A stretch of 64,000 bases of DNA from Eledone cirrhosa. Taxonomy: Eukaryota. The notes below the pieces were generated by a model. That model searched no databases and was not told the DNA's origin. It saw only the letters and a list, made by a program, of their open reading frames with translations. Positions within the stretch are counted from its first letter, which is position 1. Each line of letters begins with the position of its first letter. Location: assembly GCA_964016885.1 (NCBI GenBank), contig OZ024746.1, positions 88,722,001-88,786,000 of the forward strand, read 5' to 3'. Positions 57,057-64,000 of the stretch are shown here, one piece after another. The position numbers were made by a program, and so were the translations under genes.

Positions 57057-58399
57057 ATATATAAAGAGAGAGAGGGAGAGGGAGAGAGATACAGAGAGAG
57101 AGAGGGGTGTGGAACGATATGTCGAACACGTTTTAAATAGATAAATATATTTGTGTACAAACAGGCTTCAAGTATTTGAAATACGAGGCATGGATTAAAG
57201 AGTTGTTTTACTAAACCTGAATTTGATCTGGCTGAAAATACTTAGCCTTTTCTGTATCGAACTTAACTTTTCACTTCCTGTTGTTTATTGAATACGTATT
57301 AATTATCTACGATACATATACACTAAAAAAGGTAACATGAAATCTGAATTCATATGAGATTCAACAAAATGCAAAATTACTTCTTTTTAATAACCGCTAT
57401 GGAAACACTCCATGCATTAATAACGTAAACCCAATCTCTACTTATTTAAATGAAGCTCGATAGTATTTACAATTTCATTAATTTCATATTTTCAAATGTG
57501 AATACAATTTTCCGAAACTTTTCGAGGAAGCAAATTTATAGTAGGCAAATAGGCTTATTCTAAGCAGTTAATTTTTGTAATAAAATTGCATCTATTGAAA
57601 TATAGCATGAAATGAGTTAGAAATAAATGTAATGCAAAATGGTGAATAAAAAAAAGAAAAAAAAGAAAAAATGCAATCATAATGATGTTATTATTATGCG
57701 TGATAAGCTTTTGGAATATTTAAATGGTTTCTTGCTCAGTAATCCGTTATGACAATTAATTTTCAATAACGTAAATTCTTATATCATATTCCTCGCCTGC
57801 TATAATTTATAATTTATTTTACTGATGTAACCAGTGGAGAAGAGATACATTGGATGTAATAGGGAATACATAAATTAAATGCATAATCGTAAACGAAAAA
57901 TATAGCTTCAAATTTACACATTTACTTGCATGCGTGTATAAATAACTGGATTTAAGTAAACGTTATGAATATTTTATCAAAATAGTATGTTAAATGCTGT
58001 TCTTAAAGGTTACTTTCGATTGAATACCCTTATGAGATAGACTTTATTACTTACGAATTAAAATCAACATTCAGAATCATTGCGAATATATCCTGCACGC
58101 ACTCACACACATGAAAGGTAAAATTAGTAAATTCAGATAAACATGAACATAAGTATATCCATTAAAATCAATCTCTAACGAAATATTGTCACATTTAATT
58201 TGTGATCAATTTGCCCTGCGATTGTTTCTAAATACCTGATGAATATTTAAAAGATATAGAATACATCTTGCAAATGTTTATGTGTTAGTGTAACAGCTTG
58301 GGCATTAAATTGGTTGGAGCACAATTATCAATTAACACAGTAATTTAATTTTTCTTAATTTCCTGAAATGTTCAGATTGATGTATCACATTTTGATACG

Positions 58400-59106
58400 A
58401 CTTAAAGGACATAATGGAAATTATGTTGCATTCGTCAAACCGTGCTATTTCCATAACGTGCACCATAACAGCTGCAAGGGTTTGAGGTACCACTTCCTTG
58501 ATTTATCTATTGACGTTCTCCTTCAGTTGCTCCAGGGTCTCCGGTTTATTGACATAAATCCTCTCCTTCGGCTACCCCCCCCCCCCACACACACACATGA
58601 AGAAGCCAGGGCTAGTCAAGTGTGGGGAACGCGATGGCCAGTTCACATTGCCATAACTGGAGATCATTCTCTCTCCAAACCAGTGACGTATCAACTACAT
58701 TGTCTCTCGTGAAGTATGAGCAGTTGCCCCATCCTGCTGGAACCAAGTATCAGGCCTATTTTGAATGACTGGACACAAAAAGTTCTTAATCATTGTCCTG
58801 TGCCGTTCTCGAGTCTCAGTGCCAGCACTCTCGTGATCGTCCTCAAAGAAATAAGGACCGATTGTTTCATCTGCTGTCAATCCACACCATACCATGCAGT
58901 TACAGGGTGCAGCTCTCTTTGATGTACTGATCTCGGTTTCTCAGATTTCACAACTTGGGTGCGCTGCTCGGTGCTGCATTTATACATGATTAATTTCCCA
59001 GGGCTAGTTCATATAGTTCCTGAAGAGAAATGAAAAATATTATAAAATAAAAAAATAAAAATAATAATCAATTGCGACCCCTGTGTGACTGTTGGGCCAC
59101 CCTGTA
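58400..59106 (-). mobile_element. Tc1/mariner DD41D (rosa-type) transposon relic
   Basis: VWCGL...IGPYFFE, WFQQDGATAHT, WPSRSPHLTSPGFF; 41 residues counted between the second D and the position of the third D (here G); terminus tacagggtggccca at 59106. Confidence 0.85.
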
Positions 59107-59712
59107 TTAACCTTTGACTGCCGCGTATATTCTACACAATTTTTCAGTAAAATGTCCATTATCTTTAAACAAACATTTATTAACCACACATATCTTAATC
59201 ATTCAGAAACGTCACCTCAATAATTTAGAAACAATGTCATAACTTTGAAGTTAAGGACAGTTGGAAAGGAGTTCAATCATGATAGGACGAATTATCTCGT
59301 CCGTAGCACTGGAATGCATACATGTTAGAACGAATTATCTCGACTACGGCACTAATAAGGTTAAAGACATGCCGCATAATTCTGTGGAACTACACATTAC
59401 CATAGCTCCCATGGGAATAAATGAGGTAAAAACAAACAATTACATCTTCATCTCGATATCTTGCTTTTATGTCAAATTTCGTCGGGGCTCAAAATGTTGA
59501 TCGTATTGCAATACCTAGGAGCGATTTACTTAAAATTGTACCTGTGATAAATATATATATATACACACATACGCACGCGCCAATATATACACATACATAT
59601 ATATACACACACATACACTTACGTACACACACATGCATACGCATATACACATATACATACAGATACACACATATACACATATAAATACACACACACACAT
59701 ATATACACCCAC

Positions 59713-59745
<33 letters not shown>

Positions 59746-59956
59746 TACATATATTTATACACATACATATATTTATATATATATTTATTAAAATAACAGA
59801 TTACAGTTTAAGCAAAGAATTGCTGCTTTCACCCTTAACGGGATATTCTCAAACTTTATATATATGTATGTAACAGGTAAACATAAATAACAACACAATC
59901 GGTACAGTATATGAAACGTATATATTAGGTTAACGCTTGATATAGCATGATGAGGG

Positions 59957-59991
59957 TCTAAACGTTTTGGACGCTAGTCCTTCATCAGAGA
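59957..59991 (-). ncRNA. Minimal type I hammerhead (G12 to A in this copy)
   Basis: Minus strand: tct-CTGATGA-a-ggac-tagc-gtcc-AAAA-cgt-TT-aga; homologues at 3620-3632 and 3919-3936 keep GAAA. Confidence 0.72.
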
Positions 59992-60329
59992 AAGAATGAG
60001 AAATAAAATAGGTTAAGGGAACGGGCGGGATGGAATTGGAAAAAAATGTCCTTAGATAAAAATAATTGGTCCATTCAAAACTGTTGGTGCTGGCGTTTTG
60101 TGTATGATTTGTTTTTTAGAAAAGTAGATGATGGCGCGCGTCTACCTGAAATGAAAAAAAAACGTTTTGTAAAAAGAGCTATACTTGAGCACGTGCGTAA
60201 GCATGACTTTGTGTGAGTGGGTGTGTGTGTGTGTGTATTTGTGTGTGTGATACACACACACATACATGCATACACCCACACATACATACGTATACACATA
60301 AACAAACACACACACTTATATATATAAAA

Positions 60330-60465
60330 AAGGTGAAGACTAAAATACGAAGAGGGCTCGATAAGGATTGTATTAAAATAACAGATTAAAGTTAAATCTT
60401 CAGAAGATCCCGTTATGGGTGAACCCACCGATTATTTGCTTAAACTTTTAACTGTTAGTTTAATA
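60330..60465. mobile_element. Family B fold-back with CAGAAGA motif at 60401
   Basis: aaaataacagattaaagtt / cagaagatcccgttatgggtgaac...tttgcttaaacttttaactgtta. Confidence 0.65.
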
Positions 60466-60508
60466 TATATATATATTATAACGAACGATGAATCACTATT
60501 GCAGCGTA

Positions 60509-60614
60509 TCACATTCATTAACGTATGGCATACGTTTCTCCATCGATCGGCTCAAGGCAATATCTGATTCAGGTCGCACTCGACTCTTCAATCGAATGAT
60601 CCTCAGATATGTGA
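60509..60614 (-). ncRNA. Type I hammerhead-like motif with extended stems II and III
   Basis: Minus strand: tcacatat-CTGAGGA-tcattcgat...atcgatgga-GAAA-cgtatg-c-catacg-TTA-atgaatgtga. Confidence 0.55.
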
Positions 60615-60943
60615 CGATGCTGTATATATATATATTCGGAAAGAGAGAGAGATAGAGTGTCAGAAAGAAAGAAGGTTTGAAAAACAATTTGGGAAATAGT
60701 TTGTTATTGGTTGTACTCTCACCAATACGTCAAATTCTCTGATATATTTATTATGCAAAAACCCATTTCATACTGCCAGTAATAATTTTCGACGAGAGTC
60801 TACAGAGAAACTTCTAAATAAATAATTACCAAACCAAAGATCATGTCTAAAAGATTCTCTGTAGATTGAAGCAGGTATACATATCAACTCACCAAAACAC
60901 ACAGCAAAATACCCCCCCCCCCCACAAACACATACACATACGC

Positions 60944-60974
<31 letters not shown>

Positions 60975-61074
60975 GGTATCCCAAGTTCTGACTGGTATAA
61001 CAACAGTTGATGATCTCCTTCGAATGAAACAGTTCCTGTCCAGTAGAATCCATATATATATGTTTGTGTGTGGG

Positions 61075-61114
<40 letters not shown>

Positions 61115-61366
61115 CGCTCGCGCGCGCATATGTGTATGCAGGTATCCCCCTGCGTGACGTCACTATGAGGCGTGACGAAAATGTTTAAGTAGTTATTGGG
61201 TTAGCAAGAGATCTGGAATTTCGACAATATTGGTATTTATGGATCATGGAAAATGTGTATTGATTATAAGTGTAAAATGATATTGTCATTGGTAATTATA
61301 GCATGTGTGTAATGTGTGTAGTGGTGTATGGATATTTACTTTTCAGTATTCGTGAGACATTAAATA

Positions 61367-61547
61367 AATTGTTTCTACTTTGGCACAAGGCCACCAGTTA
61401 TTCCAGTATATTACTGGTACTTTATTATATCGACCCCGAAAAGTACAGTTAACCGAGGCGGCGTTTTAACTCGGATCTTAAAGGTGCATATCTCTATGCT
61501 ACACAGCATGGCGTCCGACCCTCTACCGATACTGCCAGCCCACCGCC
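61367..61547 (-). mobile_element. tRNA-derived SINE
   Basis: Head ggcggtgggctggcagtatcggtagagggtcggacgcc; tail gtagaaac. Confidence 0.88.
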
Positions 61548-63056
61548 ATTAAATTAATGGCGAATTGTTTCAAGCACAAATTGTGCTTAGAGATATGAAG
61601 GAATTGTGCAGAAGATGGGCTATTTATCTGTATAGATATTAAGTTATATATGTGGCTTTGAGACGTGAAGCTCTTCTAGAAGAGGTCAATTTTTACAATA
61701 TCATTTACACATCTGTTCTAGATCTCAGTTAAACAAAAGCCATCTCTATGCTGGTTTCTGTCGACGCTTGTTTCCGATTTTCCCTGTCGTATTAACTGGT
61801 CTTGTGGGGATTTTAGTTTACGCTAAATATATGTGCTGTAAACATGAGTTCGAATCATACATTTTCCGATTTACTTGAGTTTAATACATCAATGTGAGCA
61901 TTCCCTAATTTGTCATGTTATAACTGTGTTCTGTTGGCTGTTAATTGGTGTATGTATCTCACAGTATGTGTATTTTGGTATTGTTGTGTATTTGTTAATA
62001 TGTGTAAGTTGTTTAGTGTCGCTTAGTTAAGAACAATGGATACGGGTTTGGTTACTTGGAGGTGCATATGAGTAAATTATGCTGATATGGATTATAATCT
62101 ATAATTAGGAAATGCTTTTATGTTTTCAGCTGATTTAATTGTGTCCATATTCAAGAAAACTTGCCATCATACTAAATGGTTAGATTTCATCAAACAGCCT
62201 AATTATCGCACGCAGGTCGTCTCTGCTCTCTCTAACACGCCCTAGCATTAAAGCCCAAACCCCTCACAAGTACATCATAGTTTCGTTTCAATCTGAATTG
62301 GTTTTTCCATTTCCAAATAGCATATTACAAGATCTTTGTGGCAGTCAGAGAAACAATATGTTGGATTGGGTGAGGGCTAGGTCATCGCCCAATACATTGG
62401 ACCTGACCTGAAGTATAAGGAGATTATACCGATGACTTTATTAGCGACACATGTCTCAACCGTCAACAATACGACTACTTCTTTTCCTCCTCACAATCTT
62501 TGATCCCACCCTCATATTCACTGCCGATACTACCATTCAATTTCACGACATCTAAATTTCTATATCTGTTTCCATCTCCCATCCATAAATCCGTTCCAGC
62601 ATCTTCTCTTCTCTATCGTTCTTTAATTCATCATTCTACTTTCCGACCAAGGATTAGTCTTAAAATATACCCTATATTTGTTGTTTCCGTCTAGGTTTTA
62701 CATACACATATATCTGCATATATGCATGTGTGCGTGTATGTCTGTGTGTGTTGTATGTGTGTGTGTCGGTGTGTGTGTGTCGGTGTGCTTGTGTGTTTGT
62801 ACGTGCTTTTGTGTGTGTGAGTCAGTATTTTATTTTGGGAGAGATTTGAGTGTTTGAATATATAATATATATTTATATGTGCGTGTACATATGTTTATCA
62901 ATTTATAAAAGAGGGAATAATCTTAGTCTTCATTCATATATATTTGAGTATAAATAATTATTAAAGATCAAAGAAATGTTTATATACTATTGAACGGGAG
63001 CATAAACAGGTATGCTCCCATAGCATCACCCAACAACACTCACATATGTAAGTGTA

Positions 63057-63131
<75 letters not shown>

Positions 63132-63291
63132 TATTTACGTATCGAGAAAGAGAAAAAAAAGGGGAGGAAAGGTGATACATATAGTTATTTGCCAAGTAGC
63201 GTATGCCAAAGGTGCTCCATACTAGTGCCGGCAGTATTAAATATTCGAAGTGTTAATATTTAGTGAGCTAGAGAGTTAGCAGAGCGTAAGC

Positions 63292-63537
63292 ACGTGGGAA
63301 AGTAAGAAATCGGAGAATAGACCGTTAAAACATGTTTATTTAAAACAGCACCTACGTACGTTTCGCCCAGTTGGGATTCTCAAGGACATAACTAATCAAA
63401 ACTCTTTCCGAGCAATGTAAGGAAGACTTTTGATTATTTATGCCCTTGAGAAGCCCAACTGGGCGAGACGTACGTAGGTGCTGTTTTAAATAAACATGTT
63501 TTAACCGTTTATTCTCCGATTTCTTACTTTCCCACGT
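63292..63537. mobile_element. ~246-bp fold-back with a U3-A8 hammerhead motif in each arm
   Basis: Arms ~115 bp; cc-TTGAGAA-gccc-aact-gggc-GA(A/G)A-cgtacg-TA-gg at 63442-63481 (+) and 63348-63388 (-). Confidence 0.8.
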
Positions 63538-63764
63538 ATATATATATATATATATATAAGCAAAAGTGATATTCAGTTTATTAGTAATTCAACAAATATA
63601 TATGTTCATAACTGATTCAGAGCACACGACAAGTTTTCTGGAGTATAATATTCAATGATATTAAATAAATGGAAACTATATTTATAAAACCATATTTATT
63701 CTATTATATATATTTCAAGGGTACAAACACTTTATATATATTTCAAGGGTATCAACACTTTGTT

Positions 63765-63821
63765 TTTTATCTGATGAAAGCGTACCAAAGTGTGGATACC
63801 CTTGAAATATATATAATAAAA
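63765..63821 (+). ncRNA. Minimal type I hammerhead ribozyme within fold-back 63665-63856
   Basis: ttttat-CTGATGA-aagcgtacca-aagtg-tggataccctt-GAAA-tatata-TA-ataaaa; the inverted arm stops (twice, tandemly) in the stem II loop. Confidence 0.85.
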
Positions 63822-64000
63822 TAAATATTGTTTTATAAATAGAATTCCCATTTATCGAGGCCTGTTACAAAACTCTGTCACGACCGCAACCTATTAACGA
63901 TAGTAATGTGGTAACTATTAACTGTCCCCATCGAAGGTCAAATTCCTTCGCCAACAGAATATTCGACCCAACATAGTCATCAATGCTCGCTATTACATAT

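Noticed and set aside
60975-61052. TTGATGA...GAAA-cag-ttc-ctg-TC hammerhead-like stretch
   Set aside because: Stem III and GUC fit, but stems I and II do not pair in register

Overview
AT-rich, repeat-saturated animal genomic DNA, probably an octopus/cephalopod intron or intergenic region (inferred from the SINE family and extreme (TA)n density, not verified). I can support no host protein-coding exon. Most ORF-track entries are microsatellite artefacts. Recognisable content: decayed Penelope-like retroelements (PLEs; RT and GIY-YIG fragments, tandem and inverted pseudo-LTRs), about 11 copies of one tRNA-derived SINE, RTE and L1/Tx1 LINE relics, a deleted mariner, a DD41D transposon relic and an intron-containing tRNA-Tyr pseudogene. 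Main hidden structure: about 20 hammerhead ribozyme (HHR) motifs, read by eye, in at least 8 PLE-type repeat families sitting in (TA)n tracts. Several families carry family-wide non-canonical cores (U3-A8, U3-A8 plus GCAA, CAGAAGA, CUGANGU with a ~90-nt stem II). One tandem repeat has all HHR core elements in a non-circularly-permuted (pseudoknot-like) strand order. Fold-back junctions of many insertions fall in or beside the ribozyme. All folds are manual and activity is untested.
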